DNA of 51,256 bases from Thainema sp. (GTDB taxonomy: Bacteria; Cyanobacteriota; Cyanobacteriia; Phormidesmidales; Phormidesmidaceae). Made by a program: the position numbers and the translations under genes. The notes beneath the pieces are model-generated. The model was not told the origin of the DNA. It ran no database searches and saw only the letters and a program-made list of their open reading frames with translations. How positions within the stretch are numbered: the stretch's first letter is position 1; every line of letters starts with the position of its first letter. Shown here one piece after another: positions 19,284 to 28,485 of the stretch. The stretch spans positions 1 through 51,256 of the forward strand of contig JBQLZK010000056.1 in the NCBI GenBank assembly GCA_052168235.1. The letters run 5' to 3'.

Positions 19284-20237
19284 ATGCCCCAACGAGCCAC
19301 TCGCCGTCACCACTGGTTTCGGGATGCCTTTCAACTGCACGGTTCCGTTGTTTTGGCGACGCTGCCTCGCGTTGCGCTGTGTGGTGGGTTTGGCGTTTTA
19401 GTCTCTGTTTTGTATCAGCTTGGTTGGCCGTTATCCTGGCCAATTGAAAGCGGCATTGTGCCGAGTATTGTGCTGGGTTTACTGCTGGTATTCCGCACCA
19501 ATACCGCCTACGAACGCTTCTGGGAAGGCCGTAAGCTGTGGGGCGCTTTGGTCAATACAGTGCGTAACCTGGCTCGTCAAATCTGGGTCGCGGTTGACGA
19601 ACAGCAGCCATCGGATCGGCGCGATAAAGAAGAGACATTATTATTGCTGCCCGCATTTGCGATCGCAACCAAACTCCACTTGCGCCAAACCCCCATCAAT
19701 CATGAACTCAAGCAGGTGTTGTCTCCCGAACGGCTTGAACACCTCCAGCACATGAACAATCCACCGCTGGAAATTGCCTTTTGGATTGCGGATTACTTGC
19801 AGCACCAGCGCGATCGCAACTGTCTCAACACCTATCAGCTTACGGCCATGCTGCACCTGCTTGATTTGATGGTTGACGTGCTGGGCGGCTGCGAACGCAT
19901 TCTCAAAACGCCCATTCCCTTTGCCTACACGATTCACCTCAAGCAGCTCTTGCTGATTTACTGCTTATCCCTGCCGTTTCCAATGGTGGGAGATTTGCAG
20001 GCATGGACAGGCGTTGTGGTGGCGCTGATCAGCTTTACCGTGTTTGGCATTGAAGAAATCGGCATCGAAATCGAAAATCCCTTTGGTCTTGACCCCAACG
20101 ATTTGCCGCTGGATGACATCTGCAACACGATGCAGCGCAATATCCACGATTTGATTACGCTCGCTCCCAGCGTGCGGCGCCTCGATTCCCAATCTGATGA
20201 CTGGACGCCCCTGCCACCACTGATTGCCGACGATTAG
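19284..20237 (+). CDS. Bestrophin family ion channel (YneE-like)
   Basis: LLLVFRTNTAYERFWEGRKLWG, GGCERILKTPIP, EIENPFGLDPNDLPL. Confidence 0.93.
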   Translation: MPQRATRRHHWFRDAFQLHGSVVLATLPRVALCGGFGVLVSVLYQLGWPLSWPIESGIVPSIVLGLLLVFRTNTAYERFWEGRKLWGALVNTVRNLARQIWVAVDEQQPSDRRDKEETLLLLPAFAIATKLHLRQTPINHELKQVLSPERLEHLQHMNNPPLEIAFWIADYLQHQRDRNCLNTYQLTAMLHLLDLMVDVLGGCERILKTPIPFAYTIHLKQLLLIYCLSLPFPMVGDLQAWTGVVVALISFTVFGIEEIGIEIENPFGLDPNDLPLDDICNTMQRNIHDLITLAPSVRRLDSQSDDWTPLPPLIADD

Positions 20238-20617
20238 CTCATATCTTCCAAAACGATCGATAAGGCATTAGTTGAAATCGATACCTCATACAGCGAATAA
20301 ATTAACGATGTAGCTAGGGACAACACGCTCAGTCCGAAGAAGATTTCCCCTAATTGCTCCAACTGCAGAAACAGCGAAAACATGGATGCCGTACAGAGCA
20401 AAAAGCTGACGACGCCAAAGACCTGCATTTGCTGAATTAAACTCACTCGTTGTCGCAGTCCGGCAATTTGGCGCGAGATTAAGTGACGATTGTCTTCTTC
20501 GCGGCGAAAGCTGTGCAGTTGCCGAATCAATTGCGCCAAGACAAGAAAGCGGTTTGTGTAGGCCAACAGCAGCAGCGAGATTGCCGGAAAGAGCAAGGCT
20601 GGAGTCGTGATCTGCAT
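20234..20617 (-). CDS. Small membrane protein (DUF2721-like)
   Basis: TPALLFPAISLLLLAYTNRF start, three TM segments, EVSISTNAL end. Confidence 0.8.
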   Translation of the reverse strand: MQITTPALLFPAISLLLLAYTNRFLVLAQLIRQLHSFRREEDNRHLISRQIAGLRQRVSLIQQMQVFGVVSFLLCTASMFSLFLQLEQLGEIFFGLSVLSLATSLIYSLYEVSISTNALSIVLEDMS

Positions 20618-20621
20618 TCAC

Positions 20622-21299
20622 TTAAGCCGGAACGGTAAGGGGTTGACCATTATCGGACGGTTGGATGTTCAGCAAAAAATCAACGGCCTGCTGTTGCCAG
20701 CGCTTTAACGGTGTGTAACTAGCAGCCGCATCGCCATAGCACTGCTCTAGCATTTGGGTGTGAATGATGCCTGGATTGAGGGGAATGGCGGCCATGCCGG
20801 GCGGTAGCTCCTGGGCCAGCGAACGGGTTAAACCTTCAATCGCCCATTTGGTAGCGCAGTAGGGTGCAACTTCAGGTGACGCAGAACGGCCCCAGCCAGA
20901 GCTGAAGTTGACGATGATGCCCTGTTGCCGCTCTACCATGTCGGGCACAAAGTGGCGAATGGTATTGGCGACGCCTTTGATATTGACATCAATGACGGCA
21001 TCAAAATCTTCTGCCGGAATCTCCCAAAGGGGGGCAAGCGGATTAATAAGTCCAGCGTTGTTGATCAGCATATCTGGGGGGCCGCCGTTAGAGATGAGGC
21101 GATAGCTCCAGGCTTTCACTTGGCCCTCATCGGCAATATCAACCACTGAAAAGCTATGAGGTTCGTCGTAAAGCTGCTGGAGTTCTCGAATCACTTCGGT
21201 GCTGCGAGCACAGCCTAAAACTTGATGGCCCTGTTCGACAAAACCTTCGACCATTGCCCGACCAAGGCCACGGCTTACACCAGTAATGACAATTCGCAT
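20622..21299 (-). CDS. Short-chain dehydrogenase/reductase, pterin aldehyde reductase-like
   Basis: ITGVSRGLG, NNAG, SSGWGRS, YCATK catalytic motif. Confidence 0.9.
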   Translation of the reverse strand: MRIVITGVSRGLGRAMVEGFVEQGHQVLGCARSTEVIRELQQLYDEPHSFSVVDIADEGQVKAWSYRLISNGGPPDMLINNAGLINPLAPLWEIPAEDFDAVIDVNIKGVANTIRHFVPDMVERQQGIIVNFSSGWGRSASPEVAPYCATKWAIEGLTRSLAQELPPGMAAIPLNPGIIHTQMLEQCYGDAAASYTPLKRWQQQAVDFLLNIQPSDNGQPLTVPA

Positions 21300-21336
21300 C
21301 GATATGTTGGATAGAATTTGTTCGACTGTTGTTTAG

Positions 21337-21426
21337 TAGACTTTATTGGAAATAAAGTTTTTGGGGTTGGAAATTGTTTTGTAGCGCGGCTCCGCCGCGC
21401 TACAAAACAATTTCCGATAAAGTCTA
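21337..21426. mobile_element. MITE-like unit: 17-bp terminal inverted repeats (1 mismatch) around a 22-bp perfect hairpin with TCC/GGA triloop
   Basis: TAGACTTTATTGGAAAT ... ATTTCCGATAAAGTCTA; internal hairpin 21369-21415. Confidence 0.65.
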
Positions 21427-21516
21427 GTGTATGGTAATCCTTGGTGGGACGACAGATTGGATTGGGGGGGATGTGCCGATTGGATGACACGGACTGGGAG
21501 TTGGGTTGATCGAGGG

Positions 21517-22371
21517 TTAGTCTAAGCGGTGGCCTGTTAGTTCTACGAAAATGTCTTCTAAATTTGACGGACGAATCATCATGCCCGTGCGATCCGGTTG
21601 ACGGTCAAGATACTGACTGGCTTCTTCCATTGTCGGGAAAAACTTGTAGTCCCAGCGATCGCCATCTTGAATCATCACTAAGCCCTGACCGTGCTTCTGG
21701 CGCAGTTCGTCAAGCGTACCCATTTCAATCAGCTTGCCGTTGTCCATAATGCCGATGCGATCGCACAAATATTCCACTTCTTCCATATAGTGCGTGGTTA
21801 GCAGCATGGTCATGCCGAGCTGCTGGTTGAGTCCCTGAATGATTTCCCAGAGGCGGCGACGGGTTTGCGGATCGAGTCCGACTGTCGGTTCGTCGAGAAA
21901 CAAAATTTTGGGCTGGTGCAGCAGGGCGCGGGCAATTTGCAGGCGGCGCTTCATACCGCCAGAGAGGGTTTTGACTAGATCCTCTTTGCGATCAACCAGT
22001 TCGACGTATTCCAGCCAGCGCTGAATTTCGTGCTGACGCTGCGGGTTAGGCATGTGGTGCATCCGCCCGTGCAGCTCCATGTTTTCCCAAACGGTGAGGT
22101 CGCCATCGACGCTGGTTTGCTGGAGGACGACGCCAATTTGTTCGCGCACCTGGAGCCGCTGCTGGTTGACATCAAACCCAGCGACGACAATATTGCCCTG
22201 AGTAGCCTGCGTTAGGGTGGTTAACATACGAATAGTGGTGGATTTGCCTGCGCCATTAGGGCCAAGCAAACCGAAAATTTCGCCGGGTTGAATGGTCAGC
22301 GATAAATCGTTAACAACGCAGACGTTGTTGTAAACCTTGTGGACATCCTGCAAACAAACGGCAGCAACCAT
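21517..22371 (-). CDS. ABC transporter ATP-binding protein (ABC-2/DrrA-NodI-like)
   Basis: GPNGAGKST, LSGGM, LDEPTVGLDP, TTHYMEE. Confidence 0.93.
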   Translation of the reverse strand: MVAAVCLQDVHKVYNNVCVVNDLSLTIQPGEIFGLLGPNGAGKSTTIRMLTTLTQATQGNIVVAGFDVNQQRLQVREQIGVVLQQTSVDGDLTVWENMELHGRMHHMPNPQRQHEIQRWLEYVELVDRKEDLVKTLSGGMKRRLQIARALLHQPKILFLDEPTVGLDPQTRRRLWEIIQGLNQQLGMTMLLTTHYMEEVEYLCDRIGIMDNGKLIEMGTLDELRQKHGQGLVMIQDGDRWDYKFFPTMEEASQYLDRQPDRTGMMIRPSNLEDIFVELTGHRLD

Positions 22372-22405
22372 AGCGTGAACGAAACCAATGAAACGTATAG
22401 ATTTA

Positions 22406-22437
22406 AATTCTAAACCCGAATTCTAAAGAAATTCTAA
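22406..22437. promoter_or_regulatory. Three direct repeats of AATTCTAA, candidate regulator binding site
   Basis: Copies at 22406, 22419 and 22430 in a divergent promoter region. Confidence 0.35.
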
Positions 22438-22555
22438 GCTTTAGGGCTGGTTCAGGAATAAAAGCTGATATCCCTCACGTTCAAAATTTTCTGCATCGCT
22501 GGAAATTGGGTATAACGGGCACAATGGCCTTTATTTAACCCACTCTCACCTGAAG

Positions 22556-24730
22556 ATGCCCGAACGACTAACAGCGGATGAAGTGCTGCGGCGGTATGCT
22601 GCTGGGAATACAGATTTTACAAATGTGAATTTATGTGGGGTGAGTTTTGCCAAAGCGGTGAAACGAGCCAAGCAGGAAGGGCAAGCCGTGGATTTGTCCG
22701 GTGCAGATTTTAGTGGGGCGCAGATTCAGGGAACAAATTTTGCTGGGGTGAAGCTGCGAGGAGCAAATTTTACGGGTGCAAAAGCTGGGTTGCGGAAGCG
22801 AAGATTAGTGATTCATCTGGCACTAGCGCTTCTAGTTATAGTAGTTTTCACGTTTATTGGAGCATCATTTGCCTCTATCTACATCACAGCAGGTTTTATT
22901 GGCAACTATACCGGATTTAGCGCCATAGATTCTTTTATTGGTATTATCTTATCGCTTTTACAATTTGCCACTTTTTTAATATTAGCTAGACAAGGTTATA
23001 CAATCACCGCAGTGAGATCCCTGCTCGTTGCCTGTGCGGGTGCAGTTGCAGTTGCGGTCGTATTTGCAATTACATTTGCAGATACAATCTCAATCGCGGC
23101 TTCAGTCGCAGTCTCAATTGCATTCGCACTTGCAGTTGCAGTTGCTGGTGCAGGCGCAGTTGCATTTGCTGCCTCGAGTGCATTTGCAGGCGCATTTGCA
23201 GTTACAGTATCGGTTGCCTTCGCAGACGTAGTTGCATTTGTAGGGTCAATTGCAGCCACACGTGCTATCGTATTCGCAATTTCAGATGCAGGTGCTATTG
23301 CATTCATAGTCTCAGGTATAAGTGGAATCCTGTTTCTTTTTTTCTGTACATATGTATCATGGCAAGCCTTGGCAGGTGATTCACGATTTCTTATAGTTCG
23401 CACCTTTGCTTTGGCGTTTGGATCGTGGGGTGGTACGTGTTTTTATCAGAGCAATTTAACTGAGGCCGACTTTGCAAAAGCGGTCTTGAATGGCACCAAT
23501 TTTTACCGAGCCAATTTAGTGCGTACCTGTTTTCGTGGCGCAGTAAATCTTACTTACGCTCGTCCTGGTGATTCTATTCTAAAAACCTGGGACGTGTTGG
23601 ATCTACTGATCAATGGTCGCGCTCAAGGTCGAGATTTTACTGGTGCAAATTTGCACGGAGCATACTTAGCCTGTGCCAATTTAACTGAAGCAAACCTCAC
23701 TCATGCTGATCTCAGTGAGGCCACGCTCGAAAATGCTGAACTGGTTAAAGCCAATCTCAAAGAAGCAGCAGCAATTGGCACCAACTTCACTAAAGCTCAC
23801 TTGACTGGAGCCTGTTTAGAAGCCTGGAATATCGATTCCAGCACAATTTTGAAAGATGTCGATTGCCAATTTGTCTTTTTGCTCGAACAACCCAATGCAT
23901 TTGGCCACCGTGAGCGCCGTCCGCACGATGCCAATAAAATCTTTTATAAAGGCGAGTTTGAGCAGTTCTTCAAAGAAGTCCTAGATGAAGTCCAGATCCT
24001 AATCAAAAACGGCATCCAGCCCGAGGCATTCCGATCTGCGATGCAGCGGCTAATGGAAGAACACAACATCACCACTGAAGACATTACCGCCTATCAACGT
24101 AAAGGCAACGATGTCCAAGTGAGCTTCAAAGTCCCACCCGGAACCGACAAAGGAGCCGTTGAACGCACCTGGGACGAAGGCTATCAGGCTGGTCTTGCGG
24201 CGGCGGCTGAACATCTGAAATTAGAGCAAAAACGAGCCGATGATAATAAAGAATTTGCGCTCGAAACCATCCGAAATATTGGTCATCTCACATTTAACGT
24301 AACCGCCATGAATCAAAGCAATAACCCCAACATCACCACAGGCGACAGCAGCTTCGTCAACACGGGCAGCATGGACGGCAATACCGTCAACCTCGGTACC
24401 ATCAGCGGCAACGTCACCACCGCCATCAACCAACTGCCTGACCAACCGTCATCCGATCAGCCCAGCCTCAAAGATTTACTGACTGAACTGCAAGCCGCCA
24501 TCGAAGCCGAGCCAGAACTTTCCACTGATGACAAAGCCGAAGCTCTCGAACAAGTAAAAACCTTGGCTGAAGCAGGTCAAAAACCCGAAGATGGTCGCCT
24601 CCAGAAAGCCGCAAAAACCGCCATGAAGATCCTGCATGGCACCACTGCTAGCGTATCTGAAACCACCAAACTTGCTGAAGCAACTGCTAAATTACTACCC
24701 GCTATTACCGCGATTCTTACTTTTCTCTGA
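22556..24730 (+). CDS. Pentapeptide repeat membrane protein with Ala-rich TM block and C-terminal helical domain
   Basis: A(D/N)L/Fxx repeats on both sides of a hydrophobic low-complexity block. Confidence 0.88.
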   Translation: MPERLTADEVLRRYAAGNTDFTNVNLCGVSFAKAVKRAKQEGQAVDLSGADFSGAQIQGTNFAGVKLRGANFTGAKAGLRKRRLVIHLALALLVIVVFTFIGASFASIYITAGFIGNYTGFSAIDSFIGIILSLLQFATFLILARQGYTITAVRSLLVACAGAVAVAVVFAITFADTISIAASVAVSIAFALAVAVAGAGAVAFAASSAFAGAFAVTVSVAFADVVAFVGSIAATRAIVFAISDAGAIAFIVSGISGILFLFFCTYVSWQALAGDSRFLIVRTFALAFGSWGGTCFYQSNLTEADFAKAVLNGTNFYRANLVRTCFRGAVNLTYARPGDSILKTWDVLDLLINGRAQGRDFTGANLHGAYLACANLTEANLTHADLSEATLENAELVKANLKEAAAIGTNFTKAHLTGACLEAWNIDSSTILKDVDCQFVFLLEQPNAFGHRERRPHDANKIFYKGEFEQFFKEVLDEVQILIKNGIQPEAFRSAMQRLMEEHNITTEDITAYQRKGNDVQVSFKVPPGTDKGAVERTWDEGYQAGLAAAAEHLKLEQKRADDNKEFALETIRNIGHLTFNVTAMNQSNNPNITTGDSSFVNTGSMDGNTVNLGTISGNVTTAINQLPDQPSSDQPSLKDLLTELQAAIEAEPELSTDDKAEALEQVKTLAEAGQKPEDGRLQKAAKTAMKILHGTTASVSETTKLAEATAKLLPAITAILTFL

Positions 24731-24789
24731 GACGAAATTTGAGCCAAACTTGATACCATGACGCTGACTAATCGCTACAGCACCAAACA

Positions 24790-25299
24790 ATGATTGTAAT
24801 TTTGATGGGGGTATCTGGTTCAGGTAAAACCGTAGTCGGTAAAGCATTGGCTCAGCAGCTAGGCTGGATCTTTTACGATGCAGATGACTGCCATACTCAG
24901 AGCGCAAAGCACAAGATGGCGCAAGCGGAACCCCTCACCGATGCAGATCGCGAACCGTGGCTAGAACGATTGCGCCAGCAGATTGAGCAGTGGTTAGCTA
25001 GTGGCACATCAGTTGTCCTGGCTTGCTCAGCGCTCAAGTCCGCTTATCGGCATCAGCTCAAGCAGGATAACCCACAGGTGCAGTTTGTTTATCTGCACGG
25101 TAGCTGGGAGATATTGTGCGATCGCATTTCGCAGCGCGACGACCATTTTATGCCCAGCGACTTACTCAACAATCAGCTTGATACGCTAGAAGAACCTGAA
25201 CCCAATGAGGCGTTCTGGGTGGATATTAAGCCCTCCCCATCTGCGATCGCAGCCACTATTGCCAACTGGATTGACCAAACCCAACGCCTATGCACCTGA
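24790..25299 (+). CDS. gntK: Gluconokinase (GntK/IdnK type)
   Basis: MGVSGSGKT, PLTDADREPWL, ACSALK..YR, HFMP..LL..Q..TLE. Confidence 0.9.
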   Translation: MIVILMGVSGSGKTVVGKALAQQLGWIFYDADDCHTQSAKHKMAQAEPLTDADREPWLERLRQQIEQWLASGTSVVLACSALKSAYRHQLKQDNPQVQFVYLHGSWEILCDRISQRDDHFMPSDLLNNQLDTLEEPEPNEAFWVDIKPSPSAIAATIANWIDQTQRLCT

Positions 25300-28031
25300 T
25301 TCTTTGCCACATCACAGCCGATTTTGACACCGTGGGCGCAGCGGTGGGTCTGACGCGCCTGCTGCCGGGGGCCAAGATTGTGCTGACGGGGGGCGCTCAT
25401 CCAGCGGTACAGGACTTTCTGGCGCTGCACCGCGATGAATATGCGCTGATTGAGCGGCGGTCGGTCAATCCTGAGCAGATTCGCACGATTACTCTGGTGG
25501 ATGCCCAAACCCGCGATCGCATTGGCAAAGCAGCGGAATGGCTAGATTTACCCAACATCACAGTTAATCTGTATGACCATCATCTCGGTGCAGCCTGCGA
25601 TATTCCTGTCACCCAGGCCTACGTCGATGATGTTGGCTCCACCAGTACGCTGATTGCCGAAAAGCTCCAGACAGGGGGCATTGAGCTGACCAAGGCTGAA
25701 GCAACGGTGATGGCGCTGGGCATTCATGTCGATACGGGGTCGCTCACCTACAGTCAGGCCACTCCCAGAGATGCGATCGCACTTGGCTGGCTGATGCAGC
25801 AGGGGGCTAGTCTGCGAGCTATTGCCGATTACGTTGAGCCGGGGCTGTCCAGTTCGCTACAGGATATTCTGTCGGATGCGCTGGAGGAGCTACATACCGA
25901 GCTGCATCACGGCTATCGGCTGTCCTGGGTAACGGTGACGACCGAGAGCTACACGCCCGGTATGTCCAGCGTGGCCTCGCGGCTGATGGATTTGACCGAC
26001 AGCGATACGCTGCTGCTGTGCAATCGGTTCAGAACGCGCGAGGACGGCGATCAGCGATTAACGGTGATTGGTCGCTCTCGCACGCAGTCTGGCAGTACGT
26101 CTGAGGAAGTTAATTTAGCCCAGCTTTTTCACCCATTGGGTGGCGGCGGACATCCGACAGCGGCGGCGGTGACGCTGCATGTAGAGGATCAAGACGAAGC
26201 GGAGCAGGTTGTATCCAAGTTGGTGGACGAAGTGCGATCGCAGATTCCCCTGCCGTTAACCGCCCGTGAACTGATGTCGTCTCCCGTCCGCACCATTCGT
26301 CCCGGTACCACCATTCAAGAGGCTCAGCGGATTTTGCTGCGCTATGGTCACTCTGGCCTATCGGTTGTGGATCGACAGGATAATCTCGTGGGCGTGATCT
26401 CTCGCCGTGACTTGGATATCGCGCTGCATCACGGGTTTAGCCATGCGCCTGTCAAGGGCTACATGACGACAAATTTGAAGACGATTACACCGGATACGCT
26501 AATGCCGGAAATCGAGTCGCTGATGGTGACCTACGACATTGGCCGTCTGCCCGTGTTGGACAATGGCGATTTGGTGGGGATTGTCACCCGCACCGACGTG
26601 CTGCGCCAGATTCACCAAGACCAATCAGCGGAGCAAACGCCGACTAATGAAGCATCCAATCAGTGTCCGTTGCCCAATCTGCTGCGCGATCGCTTACGCA
26701 GTTGCCTGCTGCCGGAACTGTGGGAAGTACTCATGACGGCTGCCGATGCGGCGGAACAGCGGGGCTGGCATTTGTACATTGTGGGTGGAGCCGTGCGGGA
26801 TTTGCTTCTGACTCGGACTGGCGATCCGCCGCTGCTGGCCGATATTGATCTGGTCGTCGATGGCTTTCATCGGGCGGCGCAGGCCGGGGCAGGTGTGGAA
26901 CTGGCCCAGGTGTTGACAGAGCATTATCCTGCTTCTCGTCTCCAGGTTCACGGTCGCTTTCAGACGGCAGCGCTGATCTGGCATAAAGATCCGGTACTGG
27001 ATTCGCTGATGATCGACATTGCCACGGCTCGCACCGAGTTTTATCCCTACCCTGCCGCCAATCCGGAAGTCGAAGCCAGTTCCATCCGGCAGGATCTCTA
27101 TCGGCGCGACTTTACGATTAACGCGTTGGCGATTCGACTCACCCATCCCCGGCAGGGCGAAATGCTGGACTATTTCGGTGGCCTGATTGACCTGAAGCAG
27201 CACCAAATTCGCGTGCTGCACGCCAACAGCTTTATCGAAGACCCAACCCGCATTTTTCGCGCCGTCCGGTTTGCCGTGCGGCTGGGCTTTGAAATTGATG
27301 CCCAAACCGAGCGCTACATTCGCCACGCCATCGACAGCGGCATCTATCGCCAAATTCAAACCCAGTTAGAGAAAGCTCCGGCACTGCAAACTCGGCTCAA
27401 AAACGAGCTGAAGTATATTTTGCAGGCTCCCTACTGGAAAGATGCGATTCGCCTACTGGCCGATTTAGGCGCGTTGCAGTGTATCCATCAAAGCCTCCAC
27501 TTTAGCCCAGAACTCTGGTGGCACATGCGGTTGGTGGATCGCTGGCTGCGGCGGTTCGATGCCCAGCAGCAGATTCCCCACTGGGAGATGCTGCTGGAAG
27601 TGCTGCTGGCTCACGTTGAATCCTCGGAACGGGGTACGGTTGCCCAAAATTTCCAGCTCACGCAGGACAGCATTGATCGGTTAAGTGACTTGAGGAAACT
27701 GCGATCGCACCTTACCACTTTCTTATCGAATACCAACACTTGGCAACCCAGCGACTGGGCCAAACAGTTCCGTGCCCACGATCCGCAAAGTTTGATCCTA
27801 GTCGGCATTTTTAGCGATCGCACATTGCGCCGCCTGATCTGGCGCTATTTAACGGAATGGATCAATGTCAAACCGGCCCTAGATGGTTCTGACCTGAAGC
27901 GCATGGGCTACAAACCCGGCCCCCAATTCAAGGAAATGCTGGAAGATCTGTGGTCAGCCACGCTGGACGGCAAAATCTGCGATCGCACTCAAGCTGAGAA
28001 ATATATCTGCGATCGCTATCCAGTTCATTGA
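25290..28031 (+). CDS. DHH/DHHA1-CBS-CBS tRNA nucleotidyltransferase (A-adding type)
   Basis: ADFD, YDHH, GGGH, two CBS domains, VGGAVRD, DID, DLYRRDFTINA, EDPTRIFR. Confidence 0.92.
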   Translation: MHLILCHITADFDTVGAAVGLTRLLPGAKIVLTGGAHPAVQDFLALHRDEYALIERRSVNPEQIRTITLVDAQTRDRIGKAAEWLDLPNITVNLYDHHLGAACDIPVTQAYVDDVGSTSTLIAEKLQTGGIELTKAEATVMALGIHVDTGSLTYSQATPRDAIALGWLMQQGASLRAIADYVEPGLSSSLQDILSDALEELHTELHHGYRLSWVTVTTESYTPGMSSVASRLMDLTDSDTLLLCNRFRTREDGDQRLTVIGRSRTQSGSTSEEVNLAQLFHPLGGGGHPTAAAVTLHVEDQDEAEQVVSKLVDEVRSQIPLPLTARELMSSPVRTIRPGTTIQEAQRILLRYGHSGLSVVDRQDNLVGVISRRDLDIALHHGFSHAPVKGYMTTNLKTITPDTLMPEIESLMVTYDIGRLPVLDNGDLVGIVTRTDVLRQIHQDQSAEQTPTNEASNQCPLPNLLRDRLRSCLLPELWEVLMTAADAAEQRGWHLYIVGGAVRDLLLTRTGDPPLLADIDLVVDGFHRAAQAGAGVELAQVLTEHYPASRLQVHGRFQTAALIWHKDPVLDSLMIDIATARTEFYPYPAANPEVEASSIRQDLYRRDFTINALAIRLTHPRQGEMLDYFGGLIDLKQHQIRVLHANSFIEDPTRIFRAVRFAVRLGFEIDAQTERYIRHAIDSGIYRQIQTQLEKAPALQTRLKNELKYILQAPYWKDAIRLLADLGALQCIHQSLHFSPELWWHMRLVDRWLRRFDAQQQIPHWEMLLEVLLAHVESSERGTVAQNFQLTQDSIDRLSDLRKLRSHLTTFLSNTNTWQPSDWAKQFRAHDPQSLILVGIFSDRTLRRLIWRYLTEWINVKPALDGSDLKRMGYKPGPQFKEMLEDLWSATLDGKICDRTQAEKYICDRYPVH

Positions 28032-28095
28032 GGCATATTGCCCTACTCTACGAGTTTGCAATAATAAAAGCATTGTTCCTTTGAGAGTGGCTGCA

Positions 28096-28476
28096 ATGTC
28101 TCATTTGAGTGAGCAAATTTTGCAAACTGTTGAAGCGTTATCAGCGGAAGATCAGCAGCAAGTTTTGGATTTTGTCGAGTTTCTGAAAGCCAAACGGCAA
28201 AAGCTTAGGGCTACCCCATCTGAAAATGCCCCCAAATCCTTTTTTGAGGTTGCCCAATCTGCAATCGGCGCTGGAGAAGGCCCAGGTGATCTTTCAACTT
28301 TGCAGGCTATGAGTACTCAGTTTGGGCAAGGGAACACACTTGAGCAATTGATCAGCACTCAATCTCCTACAACGGTTCATAACATTGATGATCTTGTGGC
28401 TGACTTTTGGCCTGAGGAAGACTCAGTTGATGATTTTTTGAACTTTCTAAAACAACAACGTCAAGAAATCGTTTGA
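28096..28476 (+). CDS. Putative antitoxin (DUF2281-like N-terminus fused to a second antitoxin-like C-terminus)
   Basis: LSAEDQQQVLDFVEFL and IGAGEGPGDLST, then DFWPEEDSVDDF; 9 bp upstream of a PIN gene. Confidence 0.7.
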   Translation: MSHLSEQILQTVEALSAEDQQQVLDFVEFLKAKRQKLRATPSENAPKSFFEVAQSAIGAGEGPGDLSTLQAMSTQFGQGNTLEQLISTQSPTTVHNIDDLVADFWPEEDSVDDFLNFLKQQRQEIV

Positions 28477-28485
28477 TGAACATCC

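Noticed and set aside
22800..23400. Diversity-generating retroelement variable region
   Set aside because: No template repeat or reverse transcriptase in the window
22996..23403. Ala/Thr-rich antisense ORF
   Set aside because: Mirror of the low-complexity GCA-rich sense tract
26694..27359. 221-aa antisense ORF (also 43549-44130, 17197-17763, 30352-30828)
   Set aside because: Fully inside well-supported genes on the opposite strand; typical codon-bias shadows
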